64,000 bases of DNA, taken from positions 1-64,000 of the IMG/VR virus record IMGVR_UViG_3300032085_000337, one strand, 5' to 3'. This document shows, piece by piece, positions 9,344-18,600 of this stretch. Position numbers and translations under genes: made by a program. The DNA is from a virus. Below the pieces are notes generated by a model that did no database searches, was not told the DNA's origin, and saw only the letters and a program-made list of their open reading frames with translations. Each line of letters begins with the position of its first letter. Position 1 is the first letter of the stretch.

Positions 9344-9371
9344 GCACCTGAGCATGTGTCTAAACTGCTCA
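9344..9371 (+). other. Candidate H-type RNA pseudoknot just after the nrdJ stop
   Basis: GCAC(9344-47)/GTGT(9356-59) and TGAGCA(9349-54)/TGCTCA(9366-71) interleave. Confidence 0.4.
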
Positions 9372-9442
9372 TTTACTCTGCGGCGTAAGAGTCATAAACT
9401 TACGTTATGGCGTAAAGATCATACAAACTGAAAGGACTTCTT

Positions 9443-9679
9443 ATGCAGAAGTACATAATGTTAACTCAAGATAACTGTAAGTACTGTACTGCAGCGCTGG
9501 GGTTACTCGAAAGTCTTGGACACAAGGTTGAAGTCTATGACGTACAGGACGAGAACATGAGCCTCGTAGTAAATATGCTCAGAGTCACAAACACAGTACC
9601 TCAGTTGTACGCCCCTGACGGTCAGTTCATCGGTGGTTACACAGAACTTAAGGAGTATCTCAATGACAGTAGTACGTAA
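9443..9679 (+). CDS. Glutaredoxin/NrdH-like redoxin
   Basis: CKYC active site, TVPQ, IGGY; adjacent to RNR. Confidence 0.9.
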   Translation: MQKYIMLTQDNCKYCTAALGLLESLGHKVEVYDVQDENMSLVVNMLRVTNTVPQLYAPDGQFIGGYTELKEYLNDSST

Positions 9680-10112
9680 GCAATTTGACAGAGCACTATA
9701 CGAAGCCTACGATACACCTGCTCGTGATGCTCTGGTTGGTTATCTTGAACTAAAAGGTCACATCATTGTAAACAACGAAGAGAACTTCAATGTTGATGTT
9801 GTTTCTCAGAAGGGAGGATACACTTACTTTAATGAGGTAGAGGTTAAGACTGCATGGAAGGGTGACTGGCCTACTCACTGGTCTGAGATACGTATCCCCC
9901 AGCGCAAGCAACGTCTACTTGACAAACATGTTGACGATGGCAAGAGTGTACTTAACTTTTATATCTTCCGACCAGACTTCAAGCAGGCATGGCGTATCAA
10001 GGATACACTGTTAACTCAGGAAAGTCTCAAGGAAGCCAAGGGCCGATACATCCAGAAGGGTGAGAAGTTCTTCCACATCCCATTCACACAAGCAGAGTTG
10101 ATCAAACTATGA
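9663..10112 (+). CDS. Putative PD-(D/E)XK nuclease-like protein
   Basis: VDVV...NEVEVK motif; AAGGAG RBS before ATG 9663. Confidence 0.5.
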   Translation: MTVVRKQFDRALYEAYDTPARDALVGYLELKGHIIVNNEENFNVDVVSQKGGYTYFNEVEVKTAWKGDWPTHWSEIRIPQRKQRLLDKHVDDGKSVLNFYIFRPDFKQAWRIKDTLLTQESLKEAKGRYIQKGEKFFHIPFTQAELIKL

Positions 10113-10816
10113 GCAAAGAGCCTCCCAAGAAGCAGACACGTACACGGCGCAAGACTACGTACAAAGGGGCAGAAAGTAAGAAGACATCTGGTTTAGTCCC
10201 TCGTACAGATAAACAGAAAGACCTTATTGATGCACTTAAGACAAGCCGCCAAGTCTTTATTCTTGGGCCTGCAGGTACTGGCAAAACATATGTCACGGCG
10301 ACTTATGCTTCCGACCTCTACACGACGAAAGAGATTGATAAGATCGTCATCACAAGACCTCACGTTGCCGTAGGTAAGGAGCTAGGGTTTCTCAAGGGTG
10401 ACCTCACAGAGAAGACTATGCCTTGGGCTTTGCCTGTGCTTGACGTACTAGAGAAACATTTAGGAAAGGGAGCAGTTGAAACAGGTATCAAGAACGGCAA
10501 CATTGAAATGGCTCCTCTTGCACTTATGCGTGGGCGTAGCTTCGATAATGCCTTCATAATTGTAGACGAAACCCAGAACATCTCTACACACGAGTTGAAG
10601 ATGTTGCTCACAAGGGTTGGTGAAGGGACTACTATTGTCCTTAACGGAGATGCTCAACAGTCAGACCTTAAGGAAGCAGATGGTTTGTCAAAGGTTATTC
10701 ACCTAGCCAAGAAGCATCAGCTACCTGTACCTATCATTGAGTTTGGTGTAGACGATATCGTAAGGTCTGACATCACAGCTATGTGGGTACGTACATTTCT
10801 TAAGGAAGGACTATAA
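10109..10816 (+). CDS. phoH: PhoH-like ATPase
   Basis: GPAGTGKT, LGFLKGD, MRGRSF, DETQN, GDAQQSD. Confidence 0.93.
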   Translation: MSKEPPKKQTRTRRKTTYKGAESKKTSGLVPRTDKQKDLIDALKTSRQVFILGPAGTGKTYVTATYASDLYTTKEIDKIVITRPHVAVGKELGFLKGDLTEKTMPWALPVLDVLEKHLGKGAVETGIKNGNIEMAPLALMRGRSFDNAFIIVDETQNISTHELKMLLTRVGEGTTIVLNGDAQQSDLKEADGLSKVIHLAKKHQLPVPIIEFGVDDIVRSDITAMWVRTFLKEGL

Positions 10817-11005
10817 ATGTTTACAGCTATCATACTGATGTGTACTTTAGATGGAGGCCTCTGTCGAGCAGTAGCCCACCCTGTTGTAGTTAACGATCTG
10901 ATCTCCTGTACTCTACTGCTAGGCGAAGGTGTTAAGAAAGTAGAAGAACAGGCAGGTTGGAAGGTAGCCAGTTACAGGTGTCTCCCTTGGGGTGAACCTA
11001 CCTAA
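10817..11005 (+). CDS. Small Cys-containing secreted or membrane protein
   Basis: 62 aa, hydrophobic N-terminus, four Cys; last gene of the + arm. Confidence 0.6.
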   Translation: MFTAIILMCTLDGGLCRAVAHPVVVNDLISCTLLLGEGVKKVEEQAGWKVASYRCLPWGEPT

Positions 11006-11013
11006 CATCGAGA

Positions 11014-11060
11014 CAAGCAAAAGCCCCCTTGGAGATTAATCCTTGGGGGCTTCTTTGTGT
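11014..11060. terminator. Bidirectional rho-independent terminator between the two genome arms
   Basis: AAGCCCCC(11021-28)/GGGGGCTT(11045-52) stem, A-rich on the left and T-rich on the right, between convergent genes. Confidence 0.85.
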
Positions 11061-11063
11061 TTA

Positions 11064-11318
11064 CTACCACTTCACCTTGTCTGCCCAGTAAGCCGCAGAC
11101 ATCTTACCCTTCTTGATGTTCTTGGCATGACGAGCCTTGAATGCTTTGTTTCTAGGTGTACCATCAGGGCTACCCTTGACACCCTTCTGACCAAAGCGGA
11201 TGATCTTCTCTTTACCGTTATCACAGGCCTTAACTACATGAGACTTAGTGGGGTGATCAGGAGTAGTACGAGGCTTGTTACACTTCATCTTGTCTTTATC
11301 TAGTCTTTTACTTGGCAC
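11064..11318 (-). CDS. Small basic conserved phage protein
   Basis: 84 aa, Lys/Arg rich, IIRFGQ..FKARH..SAAYWA..VKW pattern. Confidence 0.7.
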   Translation of the reverse strand: MPSKRLDKDKMKCNKPRTTPDHPTKSHVVKACDNGKEKIIRFGQKGVKGSPDGTPRNKAFKARHAKNIKKGKMSAAYWADKVKW

Positions 11319-11568
11319 GGTCTCTCTCCATCATCCCTTTAATCGCATTAATGTTCTCGTCAATCCTAGCCATAGCAACAGCCTGTGCCTGTACACTAGC
11401 CTCAAGAGCAATTAAACGGGTCTCATGGCGTACCAGTTCCCTTGTGTTACTCTCAATCTCACTGTCAAGTGAAGCTACAAACCACACGAGGGCTATCGTT
11501 TGCATGAGAATTGCGAGTATAAAGGTTACGGGAACTGATTTGCTTAAGTGCCATTGAGTGTCAGCCAC
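11308..11568 (-). CDS. Membrane-anchored coiled-coil protein (holin or lysis-associated)
   Basis: One N-terminal TM then coiled coil; next to the spanin-like gene. Confidence 0.55.
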   Translation of the reverse strand: MADTQWHLSKSVPVTFILAILMQTIALVWFVASLDSEIESNTRELVRHETRLIALEASVQAQAVAMARIDENINAIKGMMERDRAK

Positions 11569-11896
11569 GGTATCTTCCTAGTGTTATTGTTTTTAAGAGA
11601 CCAATCCAGATTTCTCTGGGTGAAGGGAGAACCCATCCAAGGATGAGGAGAAGGATAACCCAAACAGGGATGTCCTGATTGCTTATGTTGAGAGACCCCA
11701 CAGAGCCGCTAGGAGCAACCCCTGAGTAAACAGTCTCTGCCTTGGTAATGTCACCTACCTGAACGCCTGTCTGGTTGTTCTCAGCGCCTGCCTGTACGTT
11801 AGCAGCTACGTTAGGTCCACCCCCACCTAGAAGGGATAATGGATTGAGACATCCTGATAGTAAAAGGATAAGGGATAATGCAGTTAGGTGTCTCAT
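11561..11896 (-). CDS. Probable unimolecular spanin
   Basis: Lipoprotein signal with LSGC lipobox plus C-terminal TM (IPVWVILLLILGWVLP). Confidence 0.7.
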   Translation of the reverse strand: MRHLTALSLILLLSGCLNPLSLLGGGGPNVAANVQAGAENNQTGVQVGDITKAETVYSGVAPSGSVGSLNISNQDIPVWVILLLILGWVLPSPREIWIGLLKTITLGRYRG

Positions 11897-12969
11897 TCCT
11901 TTCTAGCCTTAGGTCTAAGTGATGTTTTGACAGCAGGGGCTTGACCTAGGTTTAGCTTGAAAGACCTTCCCTCGTCACGGCTATCGTCTATGTAGTCTCT
12001 CGAACCTAAAAGAAAACCTAGTGCTCTTATCTGTTCGTAATTTAAGCCCTCTTTAAAAACACTCTGTGTAATATCTAAGAGAACCTCTAGTTCAGTAAAT
12101 TTACCATCCTCAATAGCTTTTTCAAACTGTTCTGTTTTGTACTCAACACCGTCTATCATAATTTCATTGTAGTTGAATTGGTCTTCTACAATTATGTCGT
12201 TGTTCTCGTCTATGTAAGCATTAAACTGTCCAAGCATTAGTTTAGCCTCACTTAGAGGATTTCTTTCAGCCAGTACTTCTACGATCTGTGAGGCACTTGA
12301 ACCCCCTGATTGGTTTACAGAAATACCATCCTGCAATTCTCTGTATATCTCCCTATCAATAGTGATAGAACCCTTTTCAAGGAGACCCTTATCAATCACA
12401 AGTTTTCGGATGAACTGTCTCCCTCCTTCAGACAAGACTGACTCACCTTTTGTAATACCTACGTTAGATAGAGCAGTGTTTACTTTACCGAAAGCAAGGT
12501 CATTAAGAAAGTTCAGACCTACAGGGGATGTTACGGCCTTTATCCACTTAGAAGCTCTTTCACCATTAGTTTGGAGAGCCTGACCAAAGCTAGTCATTTC
12601 AGTACCCTCTGGTACGTCTCCTTGTATCGGAGCTTTGTCAGAAACCTCAGGTAAGGCAGAAGAAACCTCGTCCACAACGGACTGGACAGAACCCATCAAA
12701 CCTTCACCTGCGGCCTGTGCGGTATCCATGATTGCTGGAAGAACACTACCTGCAGCTTCTACGCCAGTTGTAGCTGCATCTATAACATCTTCTAGCTCAG
12801 GAAGGTAGTCGTATACGTCATCTGCTTCGTCGATAATGGATTTCTTACCTGAGACCATAGCCTCTGCAGCCCCGTCTACTACAGACTGCCAGAGGGAAGT
12901 CCCACTGCTTGCGACATCCTCAACTGCACTACTTGTTTGTGCAGCTGCTAAGTTCCATGAGCTTGCCAT
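11893..12969 (-). CDS. Hypothetical (probably virion-associated) protein
   Basis: 358 aa, acidic Ala/Ser-rich N-terminus, in the late operon. Confidence 0.65.
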   Translation of the reverse strand: MASSWNLAAAQTSSAVEDVASSGTSLWQSVVDGAAEAMVSGKKSIIDEADDVYDYLPELEDVIDAATTGVEAAGSVLPAIMDTAQAAGEGLMGSVQSVVDEVSSALPEVSDKAPIQGDVPEGTEMTSFGQALQTNGERASKWIKAVTSPVGLNFLNDLAFGKVNTALSNVGITKGESVLSEGGRQFIRKLVIDKGLLEKGSITIDREIYRELQDGISVNQSGGSSASQIVEVLAERNPLSEAKLMLGQFNAYIDENNDIIVEDQFNYNEIMIDGVEYKTEQFEKAIEDGKFTELEVLLDITQSVFKEGLNYEQIRALGFLLGSRDYIDDSRDEGRSFKLNLGQAPAVKTSLRPKARKE

Positions 12970-13622
12970 TACTGTTCAATCTCCGCAATTACCTTATTCA
13001 AGGTGTTATTGTCTACGAACTTGAAACCCTCCCAGATACCCCGAAGTCTACTACGTTTTTCAGAGATTGTCTTACCACGACCCAACGTTTCCTTAGCATA
13101 AAAGAGGAACATCTTGTCTTGTGTTTCTTTGTTGAATACTGTATCAGCTGGAAGGTTCATACGACGAGTAAGATAACGGAGTGTTGAACCTATAATCTGG
13201 TACTTACCCATAGGTGTAGAGGTAAGCCCGTTCTTGTAGGCGTATGTGCTCTCATCTAGGCGTGGTTTAACATACCGACCATACTCTCCCGATGCTCTTG
13301 AGAAATCAGTAAGCTCTCCAATGGTCATGCTTGAAACAGAGACACCTTTGAATGGTGTGTTTTCTCTCTCGAAGTTACCGTAGAGTGTATCATAGCTCTG
13401 TGCTTCTACTTTACGAAGTGTAGTCTGTGTAGTAGAAGTAGGTTGTAGAGCAGTAATACCGCTTGTGGCAGAGGTAGGAGGTGTACCTGCACCAGCTTGG
13501 TAGGTAGCACCACCCGTAGAGGGAGATGCTTTGGCTTGGTAACTACTCAGGTTAAGCAGTTCAGGCTTATAGTCAGGCATGTCCTTAGACAGTGTTTGAC
13601 CTTTGTTCCACGCACTTGTCAT
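12969..13622 (-). CDS. Lysozyme-like peptidoglycan hydrolase (lambda R/GH104-like fold)
   Basis: VEAQSYDTLYG, TPMGKYQII..TL, FNKETQDKM, IWEG; ATG 13622 follows the upstream stop. Confidence 0.7.
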   Translation of the reverse strand: MTSAWNKGQTLSKDMPDYKPELLNLSSYQAKASPSTGGATYQAGAGTPPTSATSGITALQPTSTTQTTLRKVEAQSYDTLYGNFERENTPFKGVSVSSMTIGELTDFSRASGEYGRYVKPRLDESTYAYKNGLTSTPMGKYQIIGSTLRYLTRRMNLPADTVFNKETQDKMFLFYAKETLGRGKTISEKRSRLRGIWEGFKFVDNNTLNKVIAEIEQ

Positions 13623-13623
13623 A

Positions 13624-15657
13624 TTAAGGCTTTCTGTAAGTTTTTCCATCTGAGGGATCAATAAAATAAGAACCACTAGGTAGACTGTTATAGAAATCAA
13701 CACCTTCTTCATCTGTGGCTCCTTTGAAAGTAAATGGATTTTCTTGACCACCAAGTGCTGGAGGAAGTTCAGTAGTTGTAATAGTATTACCGAGAGTATC
13801 AGCAGTTTCCTGTGCAATCTTGGCTGCTTCTGGGTCTTCAGTAAACGATGGGAGAGCCAGTTTCAACTTAGCTGCAGTGTCCTTGAAGGACTTGAGGCGC
13901 TGGGGGATACCACGTACGGTACTATACCGACTTGCAATACCCTTCCAGAGAGAACTCTCAAGTACTTTAGTTGCTGCATCAAACCGTTCAAACTCAGGTG
14001 AGTCAGGAGTGATCTTACCCTCACGAGCAAGACGGTTCTTCAGGCTGATCTTGGCTGTTCCACCCTCTGCCCAGAGTGCTTCAAAGTCTCCACCATAGTA
14101 AACAGATACAACAGCTGCGATCTCTTGCAGTACTGGATCGTCCTTTACATCAAGAGTAAACTTACCGTTAGTCTCATCAATCTTAACCTGAGGGATACGG
14201 CTTACTAGACCAGCAGCAAGTACACCATAACGGGCTTGGTTGTGTTGAAGGGCTGCACCCATCTGAGCACGGAGGTTACCAGCTACACGACCAGCCTCTC
14301 CGCCCTGTGCCTGCAGTGCATTCACACGAGCAATGTTACGGTTAGAGAAAAGTACATCAAAGTTCTGTGAGGAAGGCTTATCATTCTGAGTGAGGTCATA
14401 CGAAAGGGCAGTGACACTTGAGGCATAGGCATTGATAGCCTCAGGAGAGTCAAGAGAACCAGCCTCAAGACCTGTAATAGCTGAACGGTGGTATGCTCTG
14501 AACTTAGCCTTCTCTACAATCTTCATCCCCTCATACTTTTCACCCAGTTCAGTAGGGAAAGGACTAGGAGGAATGTCGAAACCACCCTCAGGTACGTCAC
14601 CTGTCTGTTGACCAGAAGGTGCTACACCCATAAGCTCAAGAATAACAGGATCGAAGTTAAGGGCAGAGTGGTCAACCTCAGGGATTTCACCCATATTAGC
14701 AAGGTCTGCAGTGATATCATCTGCAATAGTTGCAGCCATCTTAATCATGAAGTCAGAATCCTTAGCTGCAAGAGCAGACAAAGGACTTTTCCCAGAGAGA
14801 GAGATGACACCCATAAGTTGCTTAGCTTTAGCAGTAGCCCCCTTGGCATCGTAGTCTTCTAGACGGGTAAAGACATCTTCGATACTCTGAAGGCGTGTCT
14901 CCATCAAAGCCCACTGCTCAAGAGCCGCCTTACCAGTTGGCTTCTGGAAAGAAGGGTTGGATTTAAGGAGGAGGAATCCGTCCTGAAGTTGGCGCAAGGT
15001 TTTTAGGCTGAGGTTCTCACCACGTTGCTCTACTTGCAGACCTGCAGAAACGGCCTTGATAAAGCTATCAAGTGTTTTCATGTTCTGGTCAAAGCCAGCA
15101 CTAAAGTCGATGTTACCTTGAAGAATACCAGCGTTTGCTGCTACCTGAAAGGCTGCATAGTTGTTACGAGCACGTTCCGCAGCTACATCTTGAGAAATTG
15201 TTTCCCCTTCTGCCTCTGCCTTTTTTATTTCAATGTCTACTAAACCTAGTCGAACAGTCTCATCTGTCTTATTAAACATCTCTGTTGCTGTGTCTACAGG
15301 AGTTTCAACCTGTTTAGGTACATAGAAGATATCCTCACCAATCGTCTTAGTTAGGACAGCTTTTTGGTCACTGTTCAGACTCAGGTTAGCAAAGGTGGTC
15401 CCATACTTAGAAGCCACTTGGTCAGGTGACATACCTGAAGCAAGGTCTTGTTCTACATTACGGATGTTTTCAACGAAAACTGCGTTGTTACGGTCTGTCT
15501 GAGTAGGTCCACTTCCCGCACGTAGTTTTGCTGATCTCTCAGCTGCACCCAAAAGGCCTCCCAAAGCTGAAGCAGCAATGGAAGTCCCTGACATACTCTG
15601 TACTGGTTGAGGTGCGGATGCGGCCCCAGATACGTTCTGGTCTAGTGTAAAAGCCAT
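13624..15657 (-). CDS. Internal virion (ejection) protein
   Basis: 677 aa Ala-rich protein at the T7 gp15/gp16-like position. Confidence 0.65.
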   Translation of the reverse strand: MAFTLDQNVSGAASAPQPVQSMSGTSIAASALGGLLGAAERSAKLRAGSGPTQTDRNNAVFVENIRNVEQDLASGMSPDQVASKYGTTFANLSLNSDQKAVLTKTIGEDIFYVPKQVETPVDTATEMFNKTDETVRLGLVDIEIKKAEAEGETISQDVAAERARNNYAAFQVAANAGILQGNIDFSAGFDQNMKTLDSFIKAVSAGLQVEQRGENLSLKTLRQLQDGFLLLKSNPSFQKPTGKAALEQWALMETRLQSIEDVFTRLEDYDAKGATAKAKQLMGVISLSGKSPLSALAAKDSDFMIKMAATIADDITADLANMGEIPEVDHSALNFDPVILELMGVAPSGQQTGDVPEGGFDIPPSPFPTELGEKYEGMKIVEKAKFRAYHRSAITGLEAGSLDSPEAINAYASSVTALSYDLTQNDKPSSQNFDVLFSNRNIARVNALQAQGGEAGRVAGNLRAQMGAALQHNQARYGVLAAGLVSRIPQVKIDETNGKFTLDVKDDPVLQEIAAVVSVYYGGDFEALWAEGGTAKISLKNRLAREGKITPDSPEFERFDAATKVLESSLWKGIASRYSTVRGIPQRLKSFKDTAAKLKLALPSFTEDPEAAKIAQETADTLGNTITTTELPPALGGQENPFTFKGATDEEGVDFYNSLPSGSYFIDPSDGKTYRKP

Positions 15658-15659
15658 TC

Positions 15660-18600
15660 TTATTCTCCTTGAGAAGCTTTAGCTGTAAGTTGGGAAGCTT
15701 TGGATTGTCCAGTTGCTCTCTTAACTAGGTCCGTCATGGTCTCAAGATTGACTACGGCTCTGTAAAGTTTAGTCTGGTTCTCTTCTGAGAAGCCTCCGTC
15801 TTCGATGAGGTTCATCGCATCGTTGTAAAGCTCTCTCCCTTGCTTCATTTTATCAGGTTCTCCTGTAGAAATCAAGTCCAAAGCTTTAGTAGCCCAAGTG
15901 TCAATACGTCTACGAGCATCCTTGAACTTAGCATCTTCTTTGTAGGAGATATCCTTAGCATCGTAGTGGTTCAAGACCTTCATGGGGGTAGCACCACCAA
16001 GGACAGAAGCTGCCAAACCAGTTCCTACTTCATCAAACTCACCTGCCAAGCCACGCCGTTTACTGCGGTACTCCCCAGTTTCGATAAGCTCTACGACTTT
16101 AGAGTAGATATCTACGGACTTGACGTTCCGCATAAGAACCTTGAACTCTTCGACTGCTATTTGTTTGTGTCCACCTGTGATGGTTTCAAGTGTTGCCTTG
16201 ATAGCCTTGTAAGTGTCAAAACCAATCTGGGCAGAAGGTCCACCTAGTGTGGCATACAAAGGGTCTTCTCTAAACAGCTCAGAGTATTGCTGTACGATAC
16301 CACCCATAGGAGCAATACGTGAACCAAGAGAGACATCCTCTCCTACAAGTTGAGACAGCATAAAGTCAAACAAACCAAACTTAACTGCATTGAGTGTAGC
16401 TGTTGAGTTCTCGTCCTCTGGGTCTACTCCGAAAGCAACTAGAGCAGCTGTCATCTTAGGTGAGAAGCCCATACCACGTGTACCAAACAGGACTGTGTTG
16501 ACACCCACCATTCGAGCACGTTCCGCCTTGGTCAAGTCACGACCGATAAGGATGTTGTCGACGAAGCGGTTGGTGTAAGACATCCACTGAGTAGCAAGGC
16601 CCATGATTGCGCCTTCTTGGTAAGAACCCTTCTGACCAGAAGTCATACGGAAGGAGAGTACTTGCTCTCTGTTTGCTACATACTGTAGGCCTGCCTCACT
16701 GAATACATCATCAGAGATTTTCTTAGCATTGTGCTCTACAACCGCAGTGGCTACAGAGGCAATACGTCCGAACAATTCACCCATCTTGTATGGTGTAAGA
16801 CCAAGCTCAAGAAACTCAGAAGCAGCATTCTTCTTAGGGTCAAAGGCAGTACCACTACGTTCAAGAACAGAAGTACCTACAATGTCACGGCCTGACTCAC
16901 GCATGTACTTTACAGTAGCAAGTAGCTCCTCTTTAGTCATACCCGCAAAACCATTAGCATACAAGGCGTCAATGTCTTTAGCTGCAGCCTTAGGAGTTTT
17001 ACGCATAAGCTGTGCAATGATAGGGACAGCAGCCGTTGCTTTAATACCCGCCTTAGGGGAGATAGCCATGATCTGTGCTACGTGTGATGCGTTCAAGACC
17101 AGCTGATCAGGGTTAAAAATACCCATCTTCATGTGGAAAACCATAGCACGGACACGACCAGCGGCCCCATCAAGCCAGTCCTCAGGATTAGTCTTAATGC
17201 CTTTACCTTTACCCATAAACACACCCTCGTCGTAGATGTGCTGGCCCATACGTATAAAGAAGTTATTCTCTTTATCTGTACGTTCCTCAAGGCCCATGCG
17301 GCGTTTAATCACAGTCTGTTGTTCAGCCATGTCAGCATCTACGCCCTCACTGCCCTTAATCTTGGCACGACGAAGGAAGTCATTAGGATCAGAGGGTACT
17401 GGCCCATCAAAGGTTACGTTACCCATACGACGAGCCTTATCAACCCAACCATTCACTGCAGCCTGAGTGGCTTTAGAGTGAGTGTAACGGTAGGCTGTAG
17501 ACTGGAACTGCTCAAGGATGTTGGTGATAGGGTCTTGGTTGCTTACACGGCCACCACCATACTCCATCAGGGGAGCATCACCACGTTTACGTGCTACACG
17601 GCGGGACTGGTAGTCACCTACACTCAGACCATAGCCATCAGTAATCTCTGTGTCTACCTGTTGGTCTCTCCGTTTAACCTCAAACTTGTTAGCAAAGCTT
17701 TCCTTGTGACGTTGAGACAAGTCTTTCAGGTCATCAAAGTTCTCTACTGAAGGGTTCCACTTGTTGTTACGAGAGATGATATCGTTAACACGATCAAGGT
17801 CTTCACCCGACAACTCAAGCTTAGAGATAGACTTCAAGCCTGTGGCCTTTAGGAAACCACCAATAGTCTCTTGGATGTTGTTAAGTTCACGAGCAGCTGA
17901 GGTAGCCTCTTTGCTACTGTAAGAACCTAGGAGACTGCGGAAGCCTCCCTTACCCTTCTTACCACCTGCAAACTCTACATCAAACAGAGTACCAACAAAG
18001 AAGTTAGTTGTCTCGTTGTTACGTGAGCCACCGAAGTTGTAACCAAGTACATCAGACTTCTGAGGTACACGAGCATCAGCTACGTCAGTGACGTACTCGA
18101 AGAAGTTACCATTGGCATCCTCGAAGGGTTCATCAAGCTTGTAGACGATACGATCACCTACGGCAGAACCACGTACAGAACCCTGTAGACGACTGAACAC
18201 AACAGCATCATCGGCTACCGTTACAGGTACACCGATAGTTGTATAGCCTTCACTAACGTCTACTGTCCAGCCGCCACGTTCTGTTACCTTCTTCAGGATT
18301 TCAGTAGCCTTGACATTCCAAGAACTGTTGTTGAAGTCTACCAAGGCACGGTAGGCTTTCATCTGTTGCTCAGAAGGTACTCGTCCGTTAACAGCCATGA
18401 AGTCCTGCTCAAACTTAGCAGAGCTAGGAGCACCACGTTGTGCAGCAAGATCAAGTTCTGTGTCCCCAAGAGGACTATCACGATATGATGTGATGATCTT
18501 GTTAAGCTCTTCTGACTCACCCTTAGACAGTTTAGAGATATCCTTGAAGGCTACGTCAGCCTCCTTGGATACACGAGCAACAAGACCCTCTGCAGCATTT

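Noticed and set aside
9335-9442. Cobalamin riboswitch linked to the B12-dependent RNR
   Set aside because: The element is downstream of nrdJ, too short and lacks a recognisable B12 box; nrdJ has no 5' UTR because it overlaps the DUF1127 gene
13623-13817. Hydrophobic 65-aa N-terminal extension of the lysozyme ORF (possible signal-anchor or frameshift fusion)
   Set aside because: It lies wholly within the upstream gene in another frame, no slippery site or RBS was seen, and ATG 13622 follows the upstream stop directly
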